A DNA stretch of 64,000 nt from Rebecca billardiae RCC1528 (taxonomy: Eukaryota; Protista; Haptophyta), in contig OZ251237.1 in NCBI GenBank assembly GCA_965240325.2, positions 1,550,001 through 1,614,000 of the forward strand, written 5' to 3'. The notes beneath the pieces were generated by a model. It did no database searches. It was given only the letters and a program-made list of their open reading frames with translations, and was not told where the DNA came from. Position 1 is the stretch's first letter. Each line of letters starts with the position of its first letter. The translations under genes and the position numbers were made by a program. This document shows, piece by piece, positions 22,001 through 34,985 of this stretch.

Positions 22001-25000
22001 CGCGTGCGCGCTCGCGCGCTCACCTCCGCGGCTGGAGCGCGCCGCCCCCGCGCCGCGCGCTGCGCCGCGCCCGCTCTGCGCAGGCGTGGACGGCGCCGTG
22101 TACGAGTGGGCGGTGGACGGGCTGGCGCGCGTCGAGGACCACGTGCTCAAGTCGACGCAGTACAGCGCGGTGCTGTGCGCCGAGCGAGGCGCGGTGCTCG
22201 ACGCGGCCGCGGCGGGCGGCGGCGGCGCGCTCACGCGCACCTCGGGCGCTGGCGGCGGCACGTCTGCTGCGCTCACCGCCGCCGAGCGCGCCGCGGCGCG
22301 CAAGGCGCGCATCGTGGCGGGCTCGGGCGACGGCAAGCTGCGCGAGCTCTCGGCGGGCACGGTGACGCGCGAGCTCTCGGTCGGCAACAAGCTCTCCTCG
22401 CTCGCGCTCTCGCAGCCCGACCGCGCGTCCAAGCTGCAGCTGCTCTTCGCAGGTGCGACGCTGCGACGCTGCGACGCTGCGACGCTGCGACGCTGCGACG
22501 CTGCGACGCTGCGACGCTGCGACGCTGCGCGCGTGTGTGCGCGCGCTGTGCGTGTGTGTGTGCGTGCACGCGCGCGTGCGTGCGCGCCGCCCGCACACGC
22601 GCTGAGCCGCTGCACGCCCCGCCCCACCTGCACCCCGCCTCTGGCCCCACCGCTCTGCTCCGCGCGGCCCTCTCTCGCACTCCGCACTCCGCACACGCCG
22701 CGCGCACGCACGCACACGCGCGCACGCGCACACGCGCGCACGCTGCCGCCGCCGCCGCCGCAGGCACGTCCGACGGCTCGCTGCACTCGCTGCGCTGGCC
22801 GCTGGACGGCGACGCGCCCGTGGCGACGCAGGCGCTGCACCGGGGCGCGACCTCGCGGCTGCGCGTGACGGCTGACTCGGCCTTCCTCTTCTCCGCTTCC
22901 GAGGATGGCGCGGTCTTCTGCCTCGGGCTGCGGCCTCAGGACCCGGCGGCCGCGCCGGGCGGCGGGCGCGGCCGCGCGGTCGAGGACGGCGTGGGCGGCG
23001 GCTCCGAGGTGGACACCGTGCTCGTCTCGCACTCCGACCTCCTCGAGAAGCTCTCGACCGTGGCCGAGCTCGAGAAGCAGATCGGCGACCAGCAGCTGCA
23101 GGCCGAGTTTAAGCTGCACCAGCGCGAGGCGGAGTTTGCCAAGAGCCTCAAGAAGGAGAAGGACGAGGCGGCCGTGAAGGGCGACGACGCCACGCAGCGC
23201 TACGAGACGCTCATGCGGCAGAAGGTGCGCGCAAGGCGCGACGGAGGCGAGGGCGCGGCGCGCGCGCGCTCACGCCCGCGCCCGGCCGCGCGCCGCGCAA
23301 CAGGAGCGCGCCGAGCGCGAGTTTGCCGAGCACTCTGCGGCGGTGGAGGTGGCGCACATGCGCGCGGCAGAAGAGCTCGAGCACCTCTACGAGAAGAAGC
23401 TCGCCGCGGAGGCGGCGCGGTACGAGGCGCTGGCGCAGCAGAAGGACGACATGCAGAGTGAGCGCGCTGCACGCGCACCGCGCGCGCGAGGGGCGCGAGG
23501 CGCGCGGCGAGCGGCGCCCCGCCCGCGCGCGGCGCGGGGGCGGCGGGGGCGGCGCCGCGCGCCGCCGCCGCCGCTGACGCGCCGCCGCCGCCGCGCGCCG
23601 CGCGCCGCGCGTGCGCAGGCGCGTTCGAGGAGCGGATGCTCGCCATGCAGACGGCGCACCAGGCGCAGCTGGAGACGTACCGCGCAGAGATGGGCGGGCA
23701 GCGCGCGCTGGCGGAGCGCGAGGCGGGGCAGCTCAAGTCGGAGAAGGTGCGAGCGAGCGGGGAGACACGCACACGCGCACACGCGCGCACACGCGCACAC
23801 GCGCGCGCACACGCGCACACGCGCGCACACGCGCCGCTGCTGCTGTGCGCATCCGCTGCCCCCGTCTGCCGTGCACACGCACCCCCTCACGCGCACGCGC
23901 CCCCTCACGCACGCCCCTCAGGACACGCTGCGCGAGTCGTACGAGGAGGAGCTCAAGCAGGAGGAGCGCGACTACGAGGAGGAGATCGCAGCGCTCAAGC
24001 AGCTGCACGGGCGGCACCTCGAGGCAGAGCGCTCGGAGGGGCTCAAGCTGAAGGGCGAGGCGGCCATCCTGCGCAAGAAGTTCGAGGCGTCGCGCGCGGA
24101 CATGCAGAAGCTGCGCAACTCGCTCGAGGACCGCGACCGCGAGATCCGCACGCTCTCCGGCCAGCTCGCCGACGGCGAGAAGATGATCAGCATGCTGCGC
24201 AAGGACATGCGCGAGCGCGAGGACACGATCGCGGACAAGGAGCGGCGCATGGCCGAGCTCAAGGGCAAGAACAAGGAGCTCGAGAAGTTCAAGTACGTGC
24301 TCGACTACAAGCTGCGCGAGCTCAAGAAGGAGCTCGAGCCCAGGGACGAGGCCATCAACCGGTGCGCGCACGGCGCGCACGCGCGCGCGCCCAGCGCGCG
24401 CGGCGCGCGGCGCGCGGCGCGCGCGTGGTGTGCGCGCGTGCGCGGCGCGCGTGGCGCGTCGCGCCGCGCAGCGCGGCACACGGCTGACGCGCCCCGCCCC
24501 GCGCCGCGCCGCGCAGCATGCGCGCCACGGTCTCGGAGCTGGACGAGGAGCTGCAGCGCGACTACCGGCAGAACGTGGCGCTCACGCAGGAGGTGGGCGA
24601 CAAGCACGCCAAGGTGGACAGCCTCACGCGCGAGCTCAAGAAGCAGCGCTGGCTGCTGGCGGAGAAGGTGCGCTCACACGCGCGCGTGCTGTGGGCTGCT
24701 GGAGTGTGCCGCGTGCGCGCTGTGCCGCCGCCGCGGTCGCCCCGCGCGCGCGAGGCTGACCCCTCCCCAATCATCCCCCCTACCCCGCCTGTGCCCCCGC
24801 CTGTGGCCCCGCCCCCCCAGGAGCGCTTCATCGCCTCGTTTGCGCGCGACCTGCACCGGCTGGTGACGCACACCGAGCCCGCGCTGTGGCGGGACGCGAT
24901 CAAGGACATCTACCGCACGTACGTGAAGGCGGACAGCACGCAGGACGACTCGCGCGCGGACGACGACGCGGCGGAGCACGAGATCCACCGCCAGCGCCAG

Positions 25001-25793
25001 TACATGGAGCGTGCGATCGAGACGCTCAAGGGGCGCGTCACACGCTCCGAGGACAAGCGCACGGGCGACCAGCGGCGCAAGGTGGGCGAGAACGAGGCGC
25101 TGCTCGCGGAGGTGAACACGCTGCGCGTGGAGAACAAGGACCTGCGCGCGCGCGTGACCAGCCTCGCCGCGAACCTCGAGGTGCGCGCGGCACGCGCACA
25201 CGTCGCGCCGCGCGCCGCCGCACCGCCGCACCGCTCACCGCACCGCACCGCACCGCCGTCGCCGCGCGCGCGCATGCGGCCGGTGTCGCGCAGCTGCTCG
25301 AGAAGAAGAATCGGCCGCGGCAGTCGCTCACGGGCGCGGCGCCGCCCACCGCGAGCAGCAGCGCCGGCGGCACCGCGCGGCCCGCCTCCGCCTCGCGCGC
25401 GCGCACGGCGACCGCGGGCTCGGCGACGGAGGGCGCGGCCAGCCTGCCGGCGGTGGGCGACCGCAGCGGCTCGGCGGGCACCGTGCCGGGCTCGCGCGGC
25501 TCGGGCGGCTCGGCGAGCGGGCGGATCGTCCACGGCAGCGCGCTCGCGCGCTCGCGCGATCGCACACGCATCGCCGAGATGATGTCGCAGGTGCACGCCG
25601 CCGCGCCGCGCCGCGCGACCGTGTCGCGCGCGCGCCGCGCGCTCACGCGCGCGCGCCTCCACGTCTGCGCGCGCCGCGCGGCGTGCAGCTCGACGAGAAC
25701 AACAAGGAGATCAACGCGCAGCGCGCAGAGATCCGCCGGCTGCGCGAGCAGGTGCAGGGGCTGCTCACGCAGCCGCAGGCCGGCGCGAGCTGA
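19075..25793 (+). CDS. CFAP57: Cilia- and flagella-associated protein 57 (WD40 + coiled coil), multi-exon
   Basis: Spliced N-terminus MAAGQLSL|NLSFGLQ...LAYPVGRH. WD40 blocks FHMGAVTGLDVCARKPLAVTCSADRTVRVWSY, EEPLSVAFHPSGYHVVVGFADKLR and CREVRFSNGGHFF. Diagnostic coiled-coil ELEKFKYVLDYKLRELKKELEPRD and ENEALLAEVNTLR. Stop TGA at 25791-25793. Confidence 0.92.
22454..22529. repeat. Intronic octamer tandem repeat (TGCGACGC)x9
   Basis: Directly visible just after a CFAP57 splice donor. Confidence 0.9.
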
Positions 25794-26206
25794 GGCGCGC
25801 CACCGCCGCGCTGCCGCCATTGCTGCTAGCAGAGTAGTCGTCGTATATCGCGGCGTTTTATTATTTATTAATTCGTCGTATATAGCGTCATTATTAATAC
25901 CTCGCGCGTCAAATAACGCGCGCGTCGTCGTATTTCATGGCGGGGCTATAATGGGGGGGGGGCGTGTCTGCGAGCGCACCCTCCTGCAGGTCGGCAGGCC
26001 CGGCCGGACGCCCCGCGCTGGCCGCCGCACTGGCGGCCGTCGACCGATGCGTCCGATGCTGGCGTCAGACTCAGACGCGTGGCTGTCAATGTCATACTCG
26101 AAGTCGCCGAAGCCGGCTTCGGCCGAGCACGGGCTCGTGCGCACGCCCGGCTGCCGCGCGTGGCCCAACCTGCAAGTGCCAGTACTGAAGCACCGCGGTC
26201 CCGCCC

Positions 26207-26228
26207 TCACTGCCGCGGCGCCGCCCTC

Positions 26229-26281
<53 letters not shown>

Positions 26282-27512
26282 CTGCTGGCCGCCCTGCGGC
26301 TGCGGCTCGCTGCCTCCCAGTGAGAGGATGATCATCGCGGGCACGATGTAGTACCAGTACTTCATGAAGAAGGACTTGGGCGGCTCCTTGGACCCCTCCT
26401 CCCCGCCCTTGCCTGCGCGCGCGCACACACACGCCGCGCGCGAGCGCGCCGGCCGCGCGGCGCCGCGCGTCAGGCCGCGCCGCCGGCCGCGCCGGCCGCG
26501 CGCGGCCGCGCGTGTCACACGCGCGCTGGAGCGCACCGCTGCCGTCCGCGCTCGGCTTGGCGCCGGGCGCGCCGCCTGCCGCCGCGCGCCCGACGGGGAA
26601 CGGCCCCTCAGCGGGCAGCTTGACCTCGAGCTGCGTGGAGAGGCTCACGCTCGCGGGCAGCTGCAGGGGGCGGCCGGGCACGCACGGGCACGGCGGGCGG
26701 CCGGGCAGCCGGGGCGCGGGTGGGTGGGTGGGCGGGTGCGCGGGTGCGCGCGCACGGCGCGGGGCGGAGGCGTGCGCGGCGCGCGCGGCACGCGGGCATC
26801 GGCTCGGGGCGCGCGCGCATCCGGCGGCGGCGCGCGCGCGCGCGCGCCCACGCCGCGCGGCGCGCGCACCTTCTCCGCCAGCTCCGCGCACTCCGCCGCG
26901 CTGCGCGCGCCGCCACCGGGTGCGCCGCCTCCGAGCGTGTAGCTGAGCGACACCACGTGGCCAGCCGTGTCCAGCTGCACGGCGAGGCGCTCGGCGAAGG
27001 CGGCGGCGGCGAGCGCGCAGGCGGGGACGGACGCCACCACCGCCGCGGAGCCCGGCTCGCCCAGCTCGGAGGGCAGCCGCACCGAGTAGGCGTTGCGCGA
27101 GCGCACGAGCTCGCGGAAGGACGCCAGCGCGGGGCCCTCGAGCGTGCTCGCGCTCAGCTGCGCGCTCGGCCGAGCGGGCGCGTCACGGAGGGTGAGCTGG
27201 GCGCGCTCGGACCATACGCGCACGCCGCCCGGCCCGTCCGACAGCGCGTGCTCCAGCGCCACGCTCCGCGGCGCGTCCTTCTCGAACACGAGATCAGCCG
27301 CGCCGCCCGCGCGTGCCTGCGCCCGCGCGCGCGGCGCGCGGGCAACGGCCGGCGTGAGCGGGAGGCGGCGTGGAGGCGGCGGGGCGGGGCGGCGGGGCGC
27401 GCACGCGCGCGCGCCGCACGTTGCCCGCGCCCCCCGCGCCGTCGCCAAAGTCGAAGCCGGCCGCGCCGCCAACCAGCGCGAGCGCGGCGATCGCCACGCG
27501 CGCCGCCGTCAT
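26207..27512 (-). CDS. EMC10: ER membrane protein complex subunit 10-like; 4 exons (27512-27420, 27316-26870, 26660-26537, 26412-26207)
   Basis: Signal peptide MTAARVAIAALALVGGAAG; lumenal LEHALS..., YSVRLP, ASVPACAL, LAVQLDTAGHVVSLSY; C-terminal KSFFMKYWYYIVPAMIILSLGG with a Gly-rich tail, as in EMC10. GT-AG junctions keep the frame. Confidence 0.85.
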
Positions 27513-28360
27513 CGTGCGGGCAGCTCCGCTTGCCACCTGCGGAAGGCCTGGCACTGTGGCACCAAGGGTGGCACAGAGCGGGACGCGATGGGCAAGCGAT
27601 GGCGGCGCTCCGACGAGCGCCCACCGCCGAAGGCACGACGGGTGTACGACGGGACCTGCGGCGGCAGGAATCACGCGTGCGCGGTCGAGGACGCCAGGTC
27701 CGTGCAACGCGTCTCGCCCGCCGCACACGTGCCCCTCGCTTCGCTCGTCGCACGCTGCAACTTCAGCCACCTCTTGGTGCAAGCGGCGGAGTATTGCTGC
27801 CGCCGATGGCGCTCCGTGCACCGATGAATGGCGCCCCGTGCACCATCAAAGGCATCTCCGCCACCGGTCTATTTGTGCCGCTTGATGCCGCAGTGACACC
27901 GCATCTCGCCGCGCGCGGAGCCAAAGTCGGGCGTGCTGGCCCCAGCACTCGGAAAGCGAGGCGCGAACGCGGGCGGTCGAGAGGGCATCGCGCGAGCGTC
28001 GCACGCGCAAGTGATCGAGCATACACACTCGTAGTGGAGCCACGGGGCTCCGACTCGAGACACGTCGCGCATTGCACGGCCTGTGCTTCTGGCAGGCTGC
28101 CGCACGCCTCAAGCCGCCTGCCTTGGGCGAGTGGTTGTCGTGATGTTCCCAGCAGCAGGCCAGTTGGGCCGCTCACGCGGAGACTCGCTCGGGCTCGATG
28201 CTTGCCGATCCACCGCTTTGTGGCCAGTGCCCGGCTGCGGAGCCAAACGCACGGCGGCCGGCCGGCCGCTGAAGACTTGGCCGAGGCTGAACGACGAGTC
28301 CTGTTCGAGAGTGCGCTTTGTCCGTGTTCACGCCCGCCTCCGCCGCCTACAACTTCCGCC

Positions 28361-29956
28361 ATGGCGCAGCTCACCGCACTCCTGGGAGAGACCCTGCAGA
28401 CGAAGGCCGGGGAGAAGCCCACCGCAGAGGTCCTCGACGGCAAGGAGGTCGTCGGCCTCTACTTCTCCGCGCACTGGTGCGGCCCCTGCCGCTCGTTCAC
28501 CCCCAAGCTCGCTGAGGCGTACGGCAGCATCACGGCTGCGGGCAAGGCGTTCGAGATCGTCTTCGTGAGCTCCGACCGCGACGCGAGCGCGTTCGACGAG
28601 TACTATGCGGAGATGCCGTGGTCCACGCTCCCGTACGCCGCGCGTGACGTCAAGGCCAAGCTTAGCAAGAAGTTCAAGGTGCGCGCGGCGCGCGCTGCGT
28701 GCAGTCTGCGCGCGCACGCGATCGCGCCTCCGCCCGCGCGGCACGTGCCCGCAGGGCCATGACTGACCGCTCCCGCCCGCGCGCGGCCGGGCGTGGCGCA
28801 GGTGTCGGGCATCCCGACGCTCGTGCTGCTTGACGGGCGCACGGGCAAGACGCTCACCACCGACGGCCGCGCCACGCTGATGGAGGACCCGACTGGACGC
28901 GAGTTCCCCTGGTGAGCGCGCGGCACGGCGGTGCGCTGGGGTGCGCCGCGCGTGCGTCGCAGGGGGCGCGAGGTCGCGAGGGCACCGCCCCCCCCCGCGC
29001 GCGCGGCGCAGCTTGGGCGTGCGAAGCGTGCGCGTCGGCGTCGGCCAGGCCCGTGACGCGCGCCCGCGCGCCCGCCACCAACCGCGCGCGCGCCCGCCCC
29101 CAGGCCGGCCAAGACGGTGCACGAGCTGCTCGGCGGCCCCGAGGGCGAGCTCTTGTCGCACGCCGACGACGTGAGCGTGGCCGACCTCGAGGGGAAGACC
29201 CTCGCGCTCTACTTCTCCGCGCACTGGTGCCCGCCGTGCAAGGCGTTCACGCCCAAGCTCGTCGAGACGTACAAGGCGATGCGGGGTGCTGGCAGGGACG
29301 ACATGGAGTTCATCTTCGTCTCGTCCGACCGCTCGACGCAGGACTTTGGCGCCTACTTCGGCGAGATGCCGTGGCTGGCGATCCCGAACGGGGACAAGCG
29401 CGTTTCGGCGCTCTCGCGCCACTTCAACGTGGAGGGCATCCCGACGCTCGTGACCGTCGGGCCGGACGGCAAGACGATCAACGCGGAGGCGCGCGGCGCG
29501 ATCGGCGCCGACCCGAGCGGCGCCAACTTCCCGTGGCCGCGGCCGCCGGTCGCGAACCTGAAGGACGGCCCCGCGGGGCTGAACGAGTCGACCTCGCTCG
29601 TGGTGCTCGCGGAGGGGCTGGGCGGCGCGGAGCAGGAGGCGGTGCGCGGCGCGCTCGAGAGCGTGGCCAAGGCGGCGCGGGCGAAGGCGGAGGCGGAGGG
29701 CGAGGACGAGCCGCCCTTCCTCTTCTTCATCGGCACGGGCGGCGAGGACCCGGTGTCGCCGCAGATCCGCAAGCTGGCCAAGCTGCCGGAGCCGTCCGCG
29801 GCCGCGCCCCACGTCGTGCTGCTCGACATCCCGGACGAGGGCGGCTACTACACGATGAGCGTCGGCGGCGCGGCCGAGCTCACCGCAGGCGCGCTGCAGG
29901 CCATGCTCGACGACTTTGCGGCGGGCAAGCTCGACCGGCAGCAGCTCGGCGGCTGA
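28361..29956 (+). CDS. Nucleoredoxin/tryparedoxin-like protein with two thioredoxin-like domains; introns at 28679-28801 and 28912-29103
   Basis: GLYFSAHWCGPCRSFTPKL and ALYFSAHWCPPCKAFTPKL; EIVFVSSDR, MPW, GIPTLV, FPW motifs. Confidence 0.93.
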
Positions 29957-32079
29957 GGCTGCCCGGACCGGGCCCGACGGCGCAGCCTACTCACCTAGCA
30001 GTCTGAAGTAGCAGGATCGCGGGGTCCGGGCCAGAGGGGTCAGCGCGGGCTCTGTGCACCTTGACTGCCCCCCAGCCCCGTTTTTGGCCGCACGATTGCG
30101 AATCTCAGAGTTACTTGGCCAGTCAATGTTTAGAGTTTTGAAGAAGGCGAAAGACTATCTGGCGGCCGAAACGAGGGACGGCTGTCCCGATGGCGTTCCG
30201 GCCGCGAAGTCCGCCGGTGCCTAGTGCACGAGGGCGGCCGATCAGTGGCGCCTAGCCCGGTCGTCCGCGCGGTTGTGTCAGCGCACGCGCCATGTGTGTG
30301 CCCCCCGCTGTCACGGCATGTTGTGCGCCAGCACCGTGGGAGCTCCTCGCCTGTTCCTGTCACTCACGGCTAAGCGACGGTGCAGAGATCTTCAGTCCGA
30401 GCCCGCGACTGCTGAACTTCTGTGATACGTGTGCGAATCCTTGCAGAAAAGCACGCTCTGCTCCCGCAAATCTACCTGGCGAACGTGCGCTGGTGTCAAT
30501 GCTTCACGCAGTGCACAAATGCCATGGCGAATCAGTCTTCCCTGCGTGTCACAGGCCTTGGCGTTTGCACATCGACAAGCTAACGGAGACGAGTCCCGAC
30601 GAGCTGCGTATGGCTGTGGTCGCATGTAGTGTGGGCGTCGAACGCCGGAGAAGGTGGTGGCTGAAGGCGATAGAAGTATGCTCTCCCATCGGGTACAAGC
30701 CAGGCTTGGAAGACGTCTGCTTGCATCACACACTCCAGCTTACGCCGACCCGTGCGACGTGAAGCGCCTCAAGCGTGACGGTGAGCAACCCAAGGTGCGC
30801 GCAAGGCGTGAGGAGCAGGGTGATCTAACCTTACGCGGGCCTGCTCATCTAGCAGCGCACGCAGTAGATCGCCCCCGTCCTCAGGCGCACGATGACCACC
30901 GAATCGTGAATGTGTAGACGCTGACGCGTGCCAGCTTGCGGCGAGCAGCGACCGTGGCACCGCGGACTCGGGCCTCGCGCAAGAACAAGCAGGTTTTTTT
31001 GGCGCGGAGGACGCTAGCATGACCTGCACGTACAGCGGGGAGATTGTTTGCAAGGCGTGCCCTACATACAGCTCGCGTGCCCCTCAGATATCCCGCGCGG
31101 AGAACGTCAGCAGCCCAGCATCGCAGTCCGCGCCGCAGCCCCAACCCGACTCAGCTCCGCCCCTCGCCCACCACGAGACGGCGAGATACCGACGAAGTGG
31201 AACGGAGCGAGCATCTATTTCCTATTGGGGCTCGCGGGAGCCGATGTGATCATTTTTCATTGAGCGAAGCCCGAGCTGGCTTCCCATTGGACGGATTGGC
31301 GGCTGCGCTACTCCGCAAGGCGAAACACTTACAGCGTCACATCCCGAAAATGCAAGTTTGGACAATAGAGTGAGGCACCCTCCTCCAATGAAATTGCTGA
31401 AAATCCCGACGAAACTTTACTCGCACGTGCGAGTACGCCCGATCTCCGGGAGATGTGGCCATTTCCGCCCACTGGGGCCATTCAAGGTGAGCCGGCAAGC
31501 GGCGGCCGCCAAGTCGGTGCGGCTACACTTACATATGCGTCGCGTATATATATACTTATTAGCAGCGCATATATATATATAATAGCGCGCGCGCGCGCCG
31601 AGTATCAGGCCCTGGGCTTCGATAATGGATATGCTCGTCAGCAGTCGTACGGCTGCTTACTATATAAGTTACGTACGTACTCCTAGTTATATTAGTATTA
31701 CTACGGCGCGAATGAAGTCACGACGACTGACGACGAGTCACTGATGAGTCTCAGTCAGACGAGGCGGCACTGATGATGACCGCGGACAGCACTCGCGGTT
31801 CCGCCGCTCCGCGCCGCCGCCGGGGACGCCGCGCCGCTGACGCGTATTTAATAACGCGACGCCGACGACTCGGTCACTGTTACACTGACTACTCGTGCTC
31901 TGAAGACGCATCATTATTCATCATCAGATATATCATGCGCGCGACGATGATGATGACGACGATGCTGATGATGTCGATGATGATGTAAGCAGCAGTAGTC
32001 GTCTTATAGTGATGAGTGCTGCGAGTCATATGCACGCATCGGATGTCGTCCGAACTGCTGCTGAACTGCAGACTGCTGC

Positions 32080-33456
32080 TCATCGTCGATGGCATCGCCG
32101 CCGCCGCCGGCCCCAGAGCGTCGCTGGTGCCATCCGCACGAGCCACGAGATGTGACCCTGGCACGCGAGGCGCACGCTTGGCCCACCTGCGGTAAAGTTG
32201 CACGGCCGCGCCTGCGACTGGTCGAACCGGCGCGACGGGTTCCGCAGCGTGAGCACGCCGCTCGCCTCGTACGCTCGAGCATACGCCTCGCTCTCTTCTG
32301 GCGCCCACCGGGAAAAGAGAGTCGTAGTGACTAATGTCCGTGCGATGGGCGCAGCTCTGCGCAGCAGGGGGGTAGGCAGCCGCAGGTCAACTAGCTCCGC
32401 CATGCGCGAGTCTGGGCCCCGGTCGAACACGGGCGAGGCGGACATGGCGAGCGTGTCGTACCTGAGGAGCCTCCCGAGCCCGATCAGCAGCCCGTCGTAT
32501 TCGTCGCTGAGCACCCAGCCCATCCGGCAGTGCAGGCCGAGCTGCGCACACCGGCTCCCGTTCAGCGTCGCCGCAATGGCGTCCGCGTTCGTGGCTGCGC
32601 GCAGCCAGGGTGGCAGCGGCGCGGCCATCGCCTTGGCGTACACGGCCTGCTGCTGCGCACTTCCCCGGGTGGAGAGCTCGCGCAGCAGCTCGAGCATCAG
32701 CGCGTTCTTGTCCGACGCGACCAGCATCCGGCCGGTGCGGTAAAACAGCCCGGTGCCGGGGCTCCACAGGTACCACCATCCCGACGGCTTGGGGTCGAGC
32801 ACGTCCTGCCAGCGCGCGGGCGCCTCCATTCGCGTCATGCCTTCCTTGTACCACGCCAAGTGGCTCACCTCGAGGTGGGCGGTGCGATGTACGCGGAACA
32901 CGGGCTTCGTCGAGTGCACGCCCCACCGTGCGGGCGGCACGAATGAGTGAGCAAACGGGCTGCACACCTCGCGGCCGCCGCTGCATCCGTTGGCGTCCAC
33001 GCCGTCCCTCTCGCCGCGCGCGCGCGCAAACCTCTGCCGCAGGCTCCTCAACGCGACGGTGTGTGTGCAGTTGAAGCCCCCGTGATGCTCGTTGCACAGC
33101 GCAAGCTGAAGCTGCGGACTAAGTTTGGCTCCTCGCGCCTTCAGCACCCTGCGAGGCAGCGGTGTGGCCGTTCCATTTGTGTCGTAGAAGAAGGACGCAC
33201 TGGCGAAGAGCCGCAATGCATCGTGGTCGCTCACTCGGCCACTCGTCGCGCCTGGCTCTTGCGTGTCGCCTGGCGGTCGCCAGTCGGCGGTCGGGTACAC
33301 CGCGGCCAGGTAGCGCCTGACGGTGTCGACGTCGTGTGCCGTCGTCGGTGCGCGTCCATGAGCGGTCGCCGTAACCTGGTGCGGACCATGTGCCACGAGC
33401 GTGAGCAGCAGTAGTACGCATGCCGCACCGGGACGCCAATGTGCTGCCGTCGCCAT
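32080..33456 (-). CDS. Unknown protein with N-terminal signal/anchor, inverted-pair copy A (458 aa)
   Basis: Intronless ORF closely paralogous to 33582-34985 over its whole length; motifs GWWYLWSPGTGLFYRTGR, RYDTL, MAELVDLR. Confidence 0.8.
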   Translation of the reverse strand: MATAAHWRPGAACVLLLLTLVAHGPHQVTATAHGRAPTTAHDVDTVRRYLAAVYPTADWRPPGDTQEPGATSGRVSDHDALRLFASASFFYDTNGTATPLPRRVLKARGAKLSPQLQLALCNEHHGGFNCTHTVALRSLRQRFARARGERDGVDANGCSGGREVCSPFAHSFVPPARWGVHSTKPVFRVHRTAHLEVSHLAWYKEGMTRMEAPARWQDVLDPKPSGWWYLWSPGTGLFYRTGRMLVASDKNALMLELLRELSTRGSAQQQAVYAKAMAAPLPPWLRAATNADAIAATLNGSRCAQLGLHCRMGWVLSDEYDGLLIGLGRLLRYDTLAMSASPVFDRGPDSRMAELVDLRLPTPLLRRAAPIARTLVTTTLFSRWAPEESEAYARAYEASGVLTLRNPSRRFDQSQARPCNFTAGGPSVRLACQGHISWLVRMAPATLWGRRRRRCHRR

Positions 33457-33581
33457 GTCTACTCTACTTAAAAAGTCAGCGGATCGACGGTTTGTACCCC
33501 GCGTACCCGCGGTTTGAATACAGTTTCACGTGATAATAACACGCAATCATGCATGCAATGTTCAATGGCGCGACAATCAGC

Positions 33582-34985
33582 ATGGCGACGGCAGCACATT
33601 GGCGTCCCGGTGCGGCATGCGCACTACTGCTGCTCACGCTCGTGGCACATGGTCCGCACCAGGTTAAGACGACCACTCGTGGACGTGCACCGACGACGGC
33701 ACACGATGTCGACACCGTCAGGCGCTACCTGGCCGCGGTGTACCCGACCGCCGACTGGCAACCGCCAGGCGACACGCAAGAGCCAGGCGCGACGAGTGGC
33801 CGAGTGAGCGACCACGATGCATTGCGGCTCTTCGTCGATGCTTCCTTCTTCTACGACACGCACGGAACGGCTACGCCGCTGCCCCTCATGGCGCTGAAGG
33901 CGCACGGAGCGAACGTTCTCACGAAGCGGGGGCCTTGCGCTGAGCTCGGCGTCCGCGGCACCGACTGCGCACACACCGTCGCGCTGAAGAGCCTGCGGCA
34001 GAGGTTTGCGGACGCCCGCGTCGAGAGCGCCGTTGGGCTGTCCGGGCACGCACCCAAGCTGAGCATCAGCGGATGCAGCGGCGGCCGCGAGGTGTGCAGC
34101 CCGTTTGCTCACTCATTCGTGCCGCGCGCACGGTGGGGCGTGCACTCGACAAAGCCCGTGTTCCGCGTACATCGCACCGCCCACCTCGAGGTGAACCACC
34201 TCACGCAGCCCGACCGTCGCACCGGGCGGTTCAAGGCGCCCGCGCGCTGGCAGGACGTGCTCGACCCCAAGCCGTCGGGATGGTGGTACCTGTGGAGCCC
34301 CGGCACCGGGCTGTTTTACCGCACCGGCCGGATGCTGGTCGCGCCGGACAAGAACGCGCTGATGCTCGAGCTGCTGCGCGAGCTCTCCACCCGGGGAAGT
34401 GCGCAGCAGCAGGCCGTGTACGCCAAGGCGATGGCCGCGCCGCTGCCACCCTGGCTGCGCGCAGCCACGAACGCGGACGCCATTGCGGCGACGCTGAACG
34501 GGAGCCGGTGTGCGCAGCTCGGCCTGCACTGCCGGATGGGCTGGGTGCTCAGCGACGAATACGACGGGCTGCTGATCGGGCTCGGGCGGCTCCTCAGGTA
34601 CGACACGCTCGCCATGTCCGCCTCGCCCCTGGCCGAGCTTGCACCGCCCTTCACGCCCCCAGCCGACCTGCCGTACGTGCGCATGGCGGAGCTGGTCGAC
34701 CTGAGACTGCCTAGCTCCACTCTGTTTGCGTCCGATCGCTCGCGGATGTTGCTGCCGGTCAACGAGCGCTGGACGCACGCGGCGTGTGATGCGTGGGTGC
34801 GCGAGTACGAGGCGAGCGGCGTGCTCACGCTGCGGAACCCGCTGCACCCGCTCGATCAGTCGCAGGCGCGGCCGTGCAACTTTACCGCAGGTGGGCCAAG
34901 CGTGCGCCTCGCGTGCCAGGGGCACATCTCGTGGCTCGTGCGGATGGCACCAGCGAGCTTCTGGGGGCGGCGCCGCGGGCGGTGA
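33582..34985 (+). CDS. Unknown protein with N-terminal signal/anchor, inverted-pair copy B
   Basis: Start MATAAHWRPGAACALLLLTLVAHG matches copy A. Long identical blocks are separated by in-frame variable segments, which supports coding. Confidence 0.8.
   Translation: MATAAHWRPGAACALLLLTLVAHGPHQVKTTTRGRAPTTAHDVDTVRRYLAAVYPTADWQPPGDTQEPGATSGRVSDHDALRLFVDASFFYDTHGTATPLPLMALKAHGANVLTKRGPCAELGVRGTDCAHTVALKSLRQRFADARVESAVGLSGHAPKLSISGCSGGREVCSPFAHSFVPRARWGVHSTKPVFRVHRTAHLEVNHLTQPDRRTGRFKAPARWQDVLDPKPSGWWYLWSPGTGLFYRTGRMLVAPDKNALMLELLRELSTRGSAQQQAVYAKAMAAPLPPWLRAATNADAIAATLNGSRCAQLGLHCRMGWVLSDEYDGLLIGLGRLLRYDTLAMSASPLAELAPPFTPPADLPYVRMAELVDLRLPSSTLFASDRSRMLLPVNERWTHAACDAWVREYEASGVLTLRNPLHPLDQSQARPCNFTAGGPSVRLACQGHISWLVRMAPASFWGRRRGR

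Noticed and set aside
30000-32000. Short ORFs and a possible TIR-like agaggggtcagcgc at ~30033
   Set aside because: No recognisable domain or coding-type codon bias, and no matching opposite end was found. Left unannotated.
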